Shown: positions 1 through 11,229, counted from the stretch's first letter. The stretch: DNA of 33,742 nucleotides from Phoronis australis (GCA_002633005.1 NMRA01000387.1:396282-430023); one strand, 5' to 3'. Numbers and translations: made by a program. The notes: generated by a model from the letters alone, not told the origin.

Positions 1-142
1 TGTCCCAAGTAAAATCGCCTTGCAAAAAGTCAGCAAAGTTAGCGTCCAGCGATAAAACATAGGTTATATTATGTCTCCAATTGTCGAAGGAGTTTATAGT
101 TTCGGATTTCGTCAGACACCACTGCTTGGGTGCCTTAGCCAT
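1..142 (-). mobile_element. N-terminus of gag/polyprotein of a Gypsy-type LTR retrotransposon, running off the window start
   Basis: ATG at 142-140 opens [47 protein letters not shown], open to base 1. This resembles the APKQWxLTKxETxxSFxxWRxNxxYxLSLDxNF N-terminus I recall from marine-invertebrate Gypsy elements. A PBS-like motif lies just upstream. Confidence 0.75.
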
Positions 143-157
143 GGTTCGTTAAGAACA

Positions 158-168
158 CGCTGCCACCA
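158..168 (-). promoter_or_regulatory. Putative primer-binding site (TGGTGGCAGCG, complementary to a tRNA-Leu 3' end)
   Basis: The minus strand reads TGGTGGCAGCG, ending 15 nt upstream of the gag ATG. Eukaryotic tRNA-Leu(AAG/TAG) ends in ...CGCTGCCA-CCA. Confidence 0.6.
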
Positions 169-179
169 CGCCAGTAAAA

Positions 180-400
180 TGAGAGTAAATGTGTGAACTC
201 AAAATACTTGTGTTTATTTATCGCAAATGGCGAAACCGGAAGGACTAACAAAAATAGTCAAACGAAAAACTCGCGTAAAATAATAAACGGGAAACCAATA
301 GTGGCGCATATTGTTACTTATCTTCCTAGTTCACCACTTGTGTATGCCTGCATTGCTGCACTGAGCCTTGGCAGATTGTCACCCACCTTTACAGCTCAAC
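180..400 (-). mobile_element. Putative 5' LTR of the Gypsy element (outer boundary uncertain)
   Basis: On the minus strand there is an AATAAA (~214-219), then ...CTCTCA (180) shortly before the PBS. The second LTR is outside the window, so this cannot be verified. Confidence 0.3.
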
Positions 401-1301
401 ATATTATATAACTTTTGTATTTATCGATATCTGTAGTAGTTTAGTTTGTCATAATAAGTGTAAACAGAGAAGTAAGGAAAATTGGTTTGAGGGAGGGAGG
501 GAAAGAGAAATTGACTGAAAACTCGAAAATTGGAGATAATTATAGACGATGGCCCGGTGTTGCGACAAGACAAATAGATCACGTGGTACAATTAAACCAA
601 TAATCGTAGAAAAAGAGGGTCGCTGACCCGAGAATCCAAACAACATGATAATGAGGACGAAACAGTATAGCTTACATAAAATAATTTAATACTTAAATAA
701 TGTCGTGAAACAGACTCAAGGAGCCGAAGTCACCAGCACCGTATTGCCGCGCCATAAGGTCCATGGGCCTATATCCAAAATAATGCCTTTTTTCGCGACC
801 TTTTTTACCCAAGTGATTCGCATATACACGTGTTGTTTCACTGTAAACTTGCTTCGGTATCGCTTCGCAGTTAGCGCACATAAAACTTCTTAATTATCGA
901 AGGTCCTTAACCACGTAATCAGCAAATCGCAGCCTAGACAATTTACATGTAAACTAAAAGTAATGACTTCAGTAGAATAACTAGCAGCCATGGGCTTATT
1001 TCATACATTTTATTATTTTTCTGGAATACTTGTGTAGAATGTCAAGGCCAAATTCTTGTCTTCACTCACTTTTATGAAAAATACTTTGTCAAGGGATCGC
1101 TTAGTGAAAAAGCCTGAACGTTCTTAAATAAGTAGATGTCGTTTCCTAATGGGTCTACTGAAATCAGTGTCACCTTCAATTAGGTCCAAGTCAAATGTCC
1201 AAATGCATGACACCTATCTTACAATAAACTCAAAATTTGGACACAAATTGATAGTTGACTTTGAAATAGCTGAGCCACATTGAAATTCACAAATCCACTA
1301 G

Positions 1302-1370
1302 AAAGCAATAATGTCTTTGGTGGAAAGTCGTTCAACGCCAGTTATGGTTCCCATGTAATGCGGACTGGAG
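1302..1370 (+). CDS. Probable internal exon of the + strand unknown-domain gene (5' boundary uncertain, apparent frameshift)
   Basis: Strong donor GAG|GTATGA at 1370/1371. The last codons PCNADW-AG join in phase 2 to the 3283 exon, giving PCNADWRWQFD. That frame has a TAA at 1309-1311; the upstream part reads ESNNVFGGKSFNASYGS in another frame. Confidence 0.45.
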
Positions 1371-1480
1371 GTATGAACAGAGTTTTAACATCTTTCCTGC
1401 TATCATAATGCCGGGAAATTTTCACTGGGGTGTGGTGGGATATATTTATGTCTTATTGTAAAGGGAAAAGTTCTGAAGTA

Positions 1481-2908
1481 TATCAGGTGTTCCCAAAAGT
1501 GAGCCACTTTTTACCAGTAATTTCTCAGCAACTGACAAACTGAATTTGTTCAAATTTTTCTTAATATATCTTCACGGCGTCATCAACTAGTCTACAACGT
1601 ATACAGTTCTGTCCAATATTCTGGTTTGTAAGGATGCCTTTGAGTGAAAGTGATGAGTTTACAATTGAAACTTGTTTTAAGGAGAAAGGGTGGAGCGGAA
1701 GAAGAACCGAAAGAGGTTCCCAAGGAAAGGGTGGAGTCGTGCGACTGTAAATAGGCTTATTGCTAAAATACGTAACAAAGGATCTATTGGGGGTAAAATT
1801 GGCAGTGGGGGGAGACCCAAGACTGCATGTTCGAAAGAAAACGAGGATCGGGCTGAGAAACTGATTCAATCCAAGGAGGACAACCCGGGGAATCACAAAT
1901 CTCCGAGAGAAGTCCCAAGGGATTTCCAAGTGAGCAAGTTTTCTGTGCAAAGAATGGCGAAAAATTGAAGTTAAAACCTTTCAAAAGAATGTGGGTATCA
2001 CGGAGAGATCAAAACGCTAGAATGAAAGAAAAACTTGATGCCGCTACGTATATGACCGCTACGCAGCCATCGATGTGAAAAGGGTCATTTTCAATGATGA
2101 AAAAGACTTTACGCTAAAAATAGCAAAAATCGCCAAAACGATCGTGTTTATGGGAAACAAACGAGAAATTCAGCCTTCTCGACTCTATCATGAGACGTCC
2201 AGATTTTCCAAAAAGTAACGGTATCGTCTGGCGTATCTTGGGAAGGAAAAAACGAATATCCATTTTATTGACACTCATAGAGCCAAGTTAACAGTCAACG
2301 CTACATGCAGTTATTTGAGGAAAATCTTCTCCTGGATTGCAGGCGACTTTATTCTGGAAACAATTATGTGCTTCAGCAAGATGGGGTTCCTTCACACACG
2401 AGCAAGATAACCCAGGCTCACCTGGAGGAGGCCACACCAAAACTCATCAAAAAGGATGAGTGGTCTCTGCTCATGCCTGACTACAATCCAATGGACTGTG
2501 CCATATGGAATTCTCTGAAGAAGAAAGATTACCGGGGAATGAGAGGCAAATTGACTGAGCAGGAGTAAAAAGACATGGTAATTATGTCATGGGAGGAAAT
2601 CTCGATATGGAAGAAAAACGGAAAAGCATTTCTGGTTGGAAGAAACGGCTCCGTTTAGTCGTGGACGAAGATGAAGGCCACACTGAGCATAGACTGAAAC
2701 AAGCTAGCTTCCCTTTGATATTTTATTTTTTGACCAGATGTTTTTAATTTGAAAGTACTCGCACAATTGGACACAGATCTTTTTGATATTTTGTACATTT
2801 GTTGAAGATTTTTTAGGGTTCACCTGTACGAAATTTGAAAAAAAAATAGTTTATCCGTTGCTGAGAATTTGTTTGTCAAAAAGTGGCTCACTTTTTAGAC
2901 ACCTGATA
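1481..2908 (+). mobile_element. Full-length defective Tc1/mariner element of the DD37D (maT) family
   Basis: Imperfect ~50-bp TIRs (TATCAGGTGTTCCCAAAAGTGAGCCACTTTTT.. / ..AAAAAGTGGCTCACTTTTTAGACACCTGATA), flanked by TA at 1479-1480 and 2909-2910, with an internal transposase remnant. Confidence 0.93.
1634..2700 (+). pseudogene. DD37D transposase pseudogene (frameshifts and stops)
   Basis: ATG 1634 MPLSESDEF..; HTH linker GSGGRPKTA; first Asp in VIFNDEKDF; then QQDGVPSHT...PDYNPMD with exactly 37 residues between the second and third Asp; GHTEH near the C-terminus. The ORF is split across frames. Confidence 0.9.
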
Positions 2909-3282
2909 TATCTATGAATGAATGGCATCATGCCCGATACTTTTCCCACTGCGATGAAAAATCTGCGTCCGTGCATAGTCTATGTCTGCGGTAGCATTCC
3001 GATCCCAGACAAAACGCTAAAATAAATTAGTGAACCTTACCTAATCAAACAATCTGAGGTATGGACAGTGGAATTTATTCCTCTCTTTTTAAATTAATGA
3101 AACACTATATGTTAAATTTCTGTCCACCAAATCTGAGTCGGGATCAAGCGGAAGTCGTTTCTAGCTCTCACTATTCTAGAGAACGTCAATGTAAAATGTT
3201 CTTTATTGACCTGATTAGCAAATTTTCAAGTCTGAGCTTGGGTATTAGACTCAAAACTAAGCTTCTGTTTGTTATGTTACAG

Positions 3283-3398
3283 GTGGCAATTCGACTCGTC
3301 AAACACAGTCGCCCACGGTACTTGGGAAGCATTCAAACACGGAGTCCCTATTGCAATATGGAGCCAGCCAAACGCATGGATGCCGAGGGTTGTAAACG
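3283..3398 (+). CDS. Internal exon (phase 2-1) of the + strand unknown-domain gene
   Basis: Acceptor TGTTACAG|G and donor AACG|GTGTGT. Encodes (R)WQFDSSNTVAHGTWEAFKHGVPIAIWSQPNAWMPRVVN(G); the phase matches the 7064 exon. Confidence 0.65.
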
Positions 3399-4559
3399 GT
3401 GTGTGTGTGTCTGCCTGTCTGCCATGTAGCCACCTTGCCAATCGCGTCGATATGTGCTTACTTAAACTACCCATAATTCAGTCCTACAGTGCATTCACGT
3501 GTGGAATCCTTCTTTAAACCAGATAGGGCCTGTGAAATACTGCAAACCAACAACTTAATTGCGCTTTCATTGAGGCGTACCACCTACTGTATATGTCATC
3601 TTACGGGTAAATTAGCGTAAGAACAAATAAGCAAAGTAGTTGTTGGTTCTGGTCTTTACCCATCTAAATTATCCCGACTCATTTTGAAACCTGGTCGGAC
3701 GCCATGTGAACGCTGTATTTGCTAGGTAGACCTGTTCAACAGCAGCCGTTTTTCGAAATAGCAACTACATTAATTCTCTTTTTCCCTAGAATTAGATAGA
3801 ATAGTTGATGGAAAACATTGCGTTTTTAAATGAGGTCATCATGACGTCCAATTGCCACTGTTATGATGTGGGATATTTAAACGATTAGCACAAACATTCC
3901 GTAGGCCTATCAAAATGTCTCCGAAAGAAATAAACATTTTCTTTCCTAGCAACTCTCCAACGTTATATAAGGATTGAGTACTGTGTCGAGTGGTTACTAT
4001 GCGTTCAGTCAATATTTCTCAATAAAGGCCAGTGACATTACTTTTGATTTCCTAAATATTGTAATTGCCCTCAACATAGAAGAGACATGACGTCCACAAT
4101 TTTGGTTTCAAGGGTTGATGTAATCCGTTTCTAAACACTTAATGTATATTTTTGTTGGTGATTAACTCCAGTTTTTCGCAACGTAATCAATCCATGTTTC
4201 GCTATTGCGTCTTAAACTTTTTACGTCACTTTCTTTTCCACGGCCAGCGCACTTCTTTGTTGAGTCATTCACCGGAGATACATTCCTTTTCAAATTTTTA
4301 GTTCGTTTTGGTACTAACGCAGTTTTGGCTTGGTAATAACAATCATACTGGGTTTCGTAGTCATAAGATCCACATAAATGCCTGTACAGTACAGTCGAAC
4401 AACTGGTCTTAAAGGAGAATGCCATCCGATTTAATTAGTTTTTCACCGTCTTAATCGGTCTATGTCCACGTCACCTCGTATGCGGTAGATCATACCTCGC
4501 CGAGAGGTGTCGCGTTAACGTTTGCGGAAGGTGGGAAACGACGCAGCGACGTAGGGTGA

Positions 4560-4760
4560 GTGCCGCTATATGGTGTGGTGTATCGTGCGAACTATGAAGC
4601 TGCGAGGAAAGCAGGTTTATCGTTTTTTCGATTTCCTCGAGTGCCCATAAGGCTTCGGAAGTGGCCCACAGTAGTGAAAAATGAAAAGTACGCCGTTAAT
4701 ACCAAGTATGAGGCCGTGAAATTCCTTCGTCTCTGTCAGTGGCCTCAGTGCATTTCGTCG
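4560..4760 (+). pseudogene. Degenerate THAP zinc-finger (transposase N-terminus)
   Basis: GLSFFRFPRVPIRLRKW...LRLC matches the THAP FP..W..LC(S)xHF pattern; the N-terminal cysteines are decayed. Confidence 0.65.
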
Positions 4761-4829
4761 GATCGGTTGTTGGATCAGTTTTTGATTATGGAGAATTGTA
4801 GCTGGTCATGAAAACATAAACAATTACAA

Positions 4830-5305
4830 TTAATTCAAGGCGTGAGAACACATCATAACCTGTTTGATGACTGAATCGTTCGTGAGGCTTCTGTTTGGCC
4901 CTGGCTGCATGGGAAAGAGATTTTCGCCAGTTGTTTTTATCAGCCCTAAAAAGGCCATAAGCACACTGCTGTTTAGATGCGGTGCAAAATCAGGATGGTC
5001 CGTGAGACACAACTGCGCTTCTCCAAGATGGCGTTTCACTTGCGGAATTTTGTGGCAGCAAACTTAAGCGTCCGTCGTTCCCATTATCATGTAGTTAGCT
5101 CACTGACACCATGCATGGGAAGTCATTCCAATGGTTTTCGGAACTATCCATACGTTCCATTGTCTGTGAACGTTCACGTAGCCTCTCTATTATTTCTTGA
5201 TCAGCGTATTCCAGTTCGAGCTGATAGCCAGTGAAACCCAACGATCAAGCTGTGAAGTCTTCGTCGGATGAGCACTCGTGTAAATCGGCATTGCTAGTTG
5301 CCAAG
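4830..5305 (-). pseudogene. KolX / P2X7 C-terminal ballast-like Cys-rich protein remnant
   Basis: Minus strand: acidic SSDEDF, then GYQLELEYADQEIIER (PYxFEPxY-like), then WCQ*ANYMIMGTTDA*VCCHKIPQV..LCLTDHPDFAPHLNSSVL. This matches WCxCxxCxxMxTxxExxCC..CITxHPxF..LNxxVL. Confidence 0.7.
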
Positions 5306-5416
5306 TTGATGTTTATTATTGTGCTTTCTGTTTCAAAAAGAAGTATTGTCACTCTAACCAATTTTTATATAAAACTGAAGCAAATATCTCTCATTAGATA
5401 TATCAAATAAACACAG

Positions 5417-5492
5417 AAAAATCAGGAACCCCAATCGGGAATCGAACAACAGATTGCCGGTCTAGTGCTCTTACCACTGAGCTACTGAGGCA
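5417..5492 (-). mobile_element. tRNA-derived SINE head / tRNA-like pseudogene
   Basis: Minus strand GCCTCAGTAGCTCAGTGGTAAGAGCACTAGACCGGCAATCTGTTGTTCGATTCCCGATTGGGGTTCCTGATTTTT has an A box, a B box and a T-run, but a shortened anticodon/variable region and no clean cloverleaf. Confidence 0.7.
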
Positions 5493-7063
5493 CCAATATC
5501 TGAGCAATTACTGTTTGCAGCCGACTGTTATGTCATACATCCTATGAGCGGCGTTTCGCCTTTTTCATACGGTATTTGGACAATTATATATACAATCAGC
5601 AATTTAACAGTATGTGTTAATTAGATATAGTAAATTTATAGACGCCGAGTTTGGCCAGTAGTGAAATATATCCAGAATCAGGTGTGTGCTTCTATCTCGT
5701 TAAGTTTTTGAGCAAATACCAAGACATTTTTAACCTGCATGTGGCAGTGAGTAAAGCTTGGCTATAGGTTTCGCTAACTGAGAAGTACCAAGAATAAACT
5801 TAAGAACACACCTGTATCGTTTCTGCAACAAAACATTTTTGGAAACATGTCGCGGCTTGTGGCGCATTGTTGTTCCTTGTATTGAAAAGTTTTTCATACA
5901 CAGTCAATGAATTGTATGCCAGTTAACATTTTCAGCTTTTGTAAAACTAACGATGTGAGTGGGTTGAACGTGTGACGTCATCCTTATAGACGAAAACGTT
6001 ACTCGTTGACTGTGTACTAGGACCAATATGTATATTACTCCCAGCTATTGTATAAAGAACTTTTCAATATTATGTATTCGCCAGTTAAATGAAGTTGTTT
6101 CTTGATTTGGTTATTTTACCTTTCCCAATTATGCAGCATTTTCACAAGTTTCTAAAGACATACTAACTTGAAATGCTACACAAAAGGTGCAAGAATATTG
6201 TCAAAAAAATAAAAGTAGTGATTGAAGAAAGTGAAAAGCACAAAAAGCTGTGTATTGCTGATGTCGTAGTTGTTAAAATAATAATCAGAGAAAAAGAGGA
6301 AAAATTTTCTTCAATATTTATACTTACTTGCTTCTGTTTGAATATGTTTTTGTACTTTTTAGAAGTTATTGGGCATATATATTAGCTGCCCGACGTTTCA
6401 TTGGTTTAACCGAAAAAACAACTCTGGGATAGCTGCCATTGTACACTTGTCTCAGTGTCACATGACACTAGTGCGCATGTCCGTCCTGTTAATCAAGTTC
6501 GGACCATTAGTGCTCCAACTCCAAGTAAATTGCACTTCACACACGTCCGTCGAATTGCTTTTAGTAAAAGTAAAAACTGTATTGAGTCAGATTTAGCTTG
6601 CTTGAATACAAAAATCGAATAAAAATGTGTTTAAGTCTCATAAATTCGGTCTCTTAATATGTGTTACCGTGATAGGATTTTATTTTCGTTGATATCGAAA
6701 TCATCATCAAATCAAAAAAACACTTTAGACTTATTCAGTTAGAGGCCGGTTGACCATCCCTAAAATTGCGACTTCGGGAACGGTGCATGTGCGCAGCTGC
6801 ATGTGACTTGAGTTGTGGATTCATTTTTAAACCCCCAAGCGTTTCGGTTCTTGATCATTTTTGGCAGCTAAATAGGCGGCAAAAGGACTCCTTAATTGTA
6901 AGATTCAACATATATATGAAGAAACATCACTAAAATGTGTAACGAAGAATTTAGTTTAATATTTTTATTTGATTGCTGATCAGGACCTACTTAATAGAAC
7001 TATGAATGGCTGGTGCTGGGTAAGCAATGATTTTATTAAGTATGCATAACTACTCGTCTACAG

Positions 7064-7291
7064 GTTCAAGTCCGGTAAAGGATCAAACAAGTGTTCGGTA
7101 CCGTGAGGAACATGGCGTGATGTCGTTTATGGTGGGTACGTACAGGTGTCGCTGTTACTCAACCCTCAGCATGGGTCACGGCATGTGCTCGCACACCGCG
7201 AGCACCGAGCACCCACTCGGCGTGGATCTGTTGTATGATCCAGGGTGCCAAGACCACAACACTCAGAATGGACTTAAATTATATTTCAGAG
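7064..7291 (+). CDS. Internal exon (phase 1-1, 228 nt) completing an unnamed Cys-containing domain
   Basis: Acceptor GTCTACAG|G and donor AGAG|GTAATT; GC-richer than its flanks. Encodes SSPVKDQTSVRYREEHGVMSFMVGTYRCRCYSTLSMGHGMCSHTASTEHPLGVDLLYDPGCQDHNTQNGLKLYFR. Confidence 0.75.
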
Positions 7292-7640
7292 GTAATTAGG
7301 ATTACTATTAAAGTAAGATATCCCAGATGAGTTTATTTTTGTGAAAGCCTGCCAAGCTTCGCAAATACATGTATTGTGCGCGGAGAACAATGTGTGTTTC
7401 TGTAAAGTTAAAAGTGCAATATTTGTACAAAATGATAATGTAGCTCGTACAAATGATTAGGTTTCAGTCGATGTTATTATAGTATTAATTTGTAGGATAC
7501 ATAGTTTTGTAGTTAGACTGTTACGCGTCATTAAAAATCCCACGCTTTGAAATCCTGATCAGAATCTAATTGCCACAGTCACTGAATTTGACCACGAAAA
7601 TTTCTAAGACAATATGCTTATTATTGAAGTCTTCTTTCAG

Positions 7641-7720
7641 ATGACGACGACTGCATTGGTGTTACCTGTTCTCAAGGAAAAACATGTCATGACGATGTCC
7701 AATCCTATATTTGTCGTTGA
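7641..7720 (+). CDS. Terminal exon encoding a truncated EGF-like module
   Basis: Acceptor CTTCTTTCAG|, phase 1. Encodes DDDDCIGVTCSQGKTCHDDVQSYICR*, matching the EGF pattern DDCxxxxCxxGxTCxDxVxSYxC. AATAAA at 8162-8167. Confidence 0.75.
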
Positions 7721-8465
7721 AATCACTCAAAAATTTTATTTTTTTTGATATTTTTAATTGGAAACTGAATATCACAATGTTAAAACGACATGATGCTTGA
7801 TTCCTATACGAAACACGTAGTCAAAATTTGTTTGAAAACTGACCAATTTAATCGATGGCTCACATGCGGTAATTACATCGCGCATGGAACCCTGAAGTAT
7901 AATGTAAGGCAATGAAGACCCGTAATACACCAGTTCACGATAATTGCTTGCGAAATACGAGGTAAGGATTCGAAGCCACCTGTGGCGCTGCTGTATTTAC
8001 TTGTCGTGGCTTTTAAATCAGTTTCAGTGCATTTTTTCCTAATTGAACGCAAATTAATATTTTGAATAATACCAACAACCATAACAGTAAAATTATCATC
8101 ATTGTGACTATTATCATTATTATTTTCATTGTGTTAATTGTTATTATTAATGTCATCATTGAATAAAAATTGTTAAAGTGTGAGAGGTGCAGTAATGTTT
8201 ATCGGTGTAGTGTTTTTTAGACGAATCAAGCATCAATATCGTTCAAAATGTTGAAACATGGTTTAGTAGTTTTCGAACAACGGGCTTTAGGAGTAGTGTG
8301 TTTCGGAGTATTGAGCCTTCGGAGTTACCGTCGAATCCAGACTATATCGATTGAGTGTGCACTAAATATCCGACAATTTCTAAATGAGGTCAATCGGTTA
8401 CTTTAAATCAGTTGAACACAAAACCATGCTTACATACCTTAAATAGCGAAACTTGTATAATCCAG

Positions 8466-8641
8466 GTGACAAGCACGAGGATCAGTTGTTCTCTCCATAC
8501 CCACTGCTCAATATGGCTGCACTTCGCCAACTTCCGCCGGTTCCTCCGGGTCCACCGCCTACGACGTCTGATTGGTCAGTTAAGTCGTCATCGACCCGGC
8601 GGAACCTTCGAAGTCAATCAAGTGTACTCCATATTACGTGA
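8466..8641 (+). CDS. Candidate alternative terminal exon, proline-rich tail
   Basis: TAATCCAG|GT phase-1 acceptor (weak pyrimidine tract) compatible with donor 7291. GC-rich ORF GDKHEDQLFSPYPLLNMAALRQLPPVPPGPPPTTSDW...HIT*, with AATAAA at 8731-8736. Confidence 0.4.
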
Positions 8642-8793
8642 CCAGAACATTTTCGTTTTGGTTACAATGAAATGTGCATTCTATTTCCGTACCTCATGAA
8701 GGTTACATACCCCAAAACGGAACAGAATGCAATAAAACAGTAATTGGATTAACATTTTTCTATGAAAATTTTCAGAAAACGAGAGAAATTAGG

Positions 8794-9163
8794 GACAATT
8801 TGAAATGCTGAAATATGCATACAAGTCATATCGTAGCTTAGTATTGTCGAAATGGGACCCACTGGCCTGTTTTTGTGCGCACCACCAGACTTAAATGCTA
8901 AAAGTGTTTGGGTTCGAGACTTCAATCACTTCAGCGGAAGTCATTTTGCTAGTCTGCTCTTACTTGCAAAACACCTACCTTGTTGCTGGGAACTATTTTA
9001 CTGGGGCATTTCCGCCATATTGGCTGTGCACTTTTGAGAATTCGCAGCGGTAGTTATGTTGGGTGTGGAGCATCTACGTTTGTCGGAACTATCGTTTGTC
9101 ATCATTTTCAAAAAGAAATTTATCAATAAACTTGAAGTGTTTTGTTACAAGTAATAAATACAG
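8794..9163 (+). repeat. Diverged direct repeat, copy 1 (partner 12690-13035)
   Basis: Shared blocks GGGTTCGAGACTTCAATCACTTCAG, TTTGAGAATTCGCAGCGGT and TGTCATCRTTTTCAAAAAGAAA. Confidence 0.85.
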
Positions 9164-9254
9164 TAAGATTTTGCACGGAAAAATATAGATTTTTTAAAGT
9201 TGTTTAAGCGTTATCAATCGAAAAAACCCATTCAGTGGTGTTTAGGTCTATATC

Positions 9255-9292
9255 AGAGCGAGGGAGAGGGAGAGGGAGAGAGAGAGAGAGAG
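9255..9292. repeat. (GA)n / (GAGAGG)n microsatellite
   Basis: agagcgagggagagggagagggagagagagagagagag. Confidence 0.95.
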
Positions 9293-9839
9293 GCTACTTT
9301 AATTAACTTATATAACAAATGTGTCTAATAAAATTAAGAAATAAACACATTTTTGGATATAAATGTATAAAAACCGGAGCACCTCGAAGGCACAAGCAGT
9401 TTCAATGAGGACCACAGCACAATACAATATAATACATCATAAAGCAAGTAAGGTCCAGAAATGAGACACTAATTATTTTCTATTCGTGCAATTGACGTTC
9501 GATTAAAATAAAAAAATCAAAGATATTAGTATTTTAGAAAATGAGTAAATATATGAACCCGACACCTTACTGAAACTACAGTAAATAAAGGGATGCTCCA
9601 TATAAGCACAGATTACAACATGATAAGTAGATTGAGTGTGGGTAAGTAGTAATTACATTCCGTATGTTGTGTGTATGTGCGTGCGTCTATGTATGAAAAA
9701 TTAGTAGTGTTTCAGTGTAATTTTTACGTGGTTTTTGACAGTGGACGTAGCTGCCGGAGAAGTATATTTTATAGTGATAAATTGTCTAAAATTTTGTTCT
9801 GTATTATCTTGAAAGTCCAGCAAGTGAGATGATGTTTAT

Positions 9840-11200
9840 CTTATCTAGAACTGAAGATAATTGATAATTCTAGGAACTTGAAAACGTAAACATGTGTTGC
9901 CGTGATTGATTTGTAAAATGTAGTCTTGAGTATAAGACTGTAGCTGTGATAAGTAACAATATAGTTTCCTAAGAGATCTGGCAAACAATAATTTCTAATT
10001 GGTCCGTTGTTTCGGTTGCGATGGCAAATAAAATTGTTTTGAAAGTAATGAAGTAGTTGTTTGTGTAAAAACTTGTAATGTATTATCAGGCAAGATATGT
10101 TAAGAGCGTCTTCAAGCAGAGGTATTTTAATGATTTGCATATTTCATTTGTATTGACAAAATAGTGTGAGTTGGTGATTATTCGTAATTCTTGTTCCTGA
10201 AGGAATTGTAATCTATTGACATTTTTAAATCCCCATATTATGATGCCAAAAGTTAAGTGAGTGTGAATCAAGGAGTAGTAAATCGTTCTCAGTGTGAATA
10301 AAGGCAGGTATTTCTTAAGTTTATTTCGAACGCCACAGGTTTGTGCAATTTTTGTGCCCACCAGAACAATATGCCCAGACCAGGATAAATAGTCGTCAAA
10401 CGATATTCCCAAAAACAAAAGTTAAGTTTTGACTGTTTATAGCTTAGGTATCTAAATTTGAGTTAAAATTTTCTAAGGGAAGAGGAATGTCATTTACTTA
10501 GCTTTTGTGATATTTAATGACAAATTGTTTATTGATGACCATGTGAATATCTCTGATAGATTATTATCGATTTCAGTTTCGTTGTTTGATGGTTTTGTAG
10601 ACGAGAAGGTGTGCACATAAGACAGGTATCATCAGCATACATAAGGGTCTCAAGAGAAGTAGATTTGTGGATGGCATTAAGGTAAATAAGAAAAAGGAGG
10701 GGACCCAGAATAGATCCTTAGGGTAAACCTGCGATGATAGTTGATTTTTGGGAGGATGAATTGTCAAACGAAGCATAATGCTCTCAATTGGTTAAATAAT
10801 TTTTGAAGAAGAAATGCGTGACTTCAGTTATACGGCAAAATAAAAGTTTATCTAGCAAGCTACTGTTAGTAGTCTTCTGTCAAAGGCTTTTGAAAGGTGT
10901 ATAAAGCTAGTTGTTGGATTTATCCCCTTGTCCAGGTGTCCGTTAATGCTATCAGCTAGTTATAGTATTACGAATTCAGTTGATCCTAATTTTTCAAAAC
11001 CCTGTTGCTGTTCATGTAAGCGATTGTTTGTAGTAAGGGGGGCATAAAGCTGGTCAGAGGCATTTTTTCAAATAGTTTTGTGAAGGCAGCAAGTAAGCCT
11101 ATAGTTGTTTTAAAATATTATGTTCATCTAAGTCATTTCCTTTCTATTTAAGCACCACCTTGGCAATTTTCAATTCATTTGGAAAATTTCCTGTGTCAAA
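9840..11200 (-). mobile_element. Degenerate non-LTR retrotransposon ORF2 (RT and C-terminus), CR1/L2-group-like
   Basis: Fragments reading GxPxGSILGPLLFLIY, MYADDT, FLGISFDDYLSWSGHI and KLKKYLPLFTLRTIYYSLIHTHLTFGIIIWG..LQ..LRIIT; many frameshifts. Confidence 0.85.
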
Positions 11201-11229
11201 ACATTGATTGATGATGGTAGTGAGTGGTT

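Larger units (their letters stand above)
4413..5310. mobile_element. Internally deleted Kolobok DNA transposon remnant
   Basis: TTAA (4409-4412) followed by terminus AGGAGAATGCCATCCG, then a THAP-like ORF on + converging on a KolX-like ORF on -. The DDE core and the right terminus were not found. Confidence 0.65.

Noticed and set aside
693-881. Protein-like minus-strand ORF (..GYRPMDLMARQYGAGDFGSLSLFHDII)
   Set aside because: Short, non-ATG start, no recognisable motif or convincing splice context.
3061-3429. 122-aa single-exon ORF
   Set aside because: It overlaps the spliced exon 3283-3398 in another frame, and its 5' part has intron-like composition.
5417-5492. Functional tRNA gene
   Set aside because: The anticodon and variable arms are shortened and the stems pair poorly; it fits a SINE head better.
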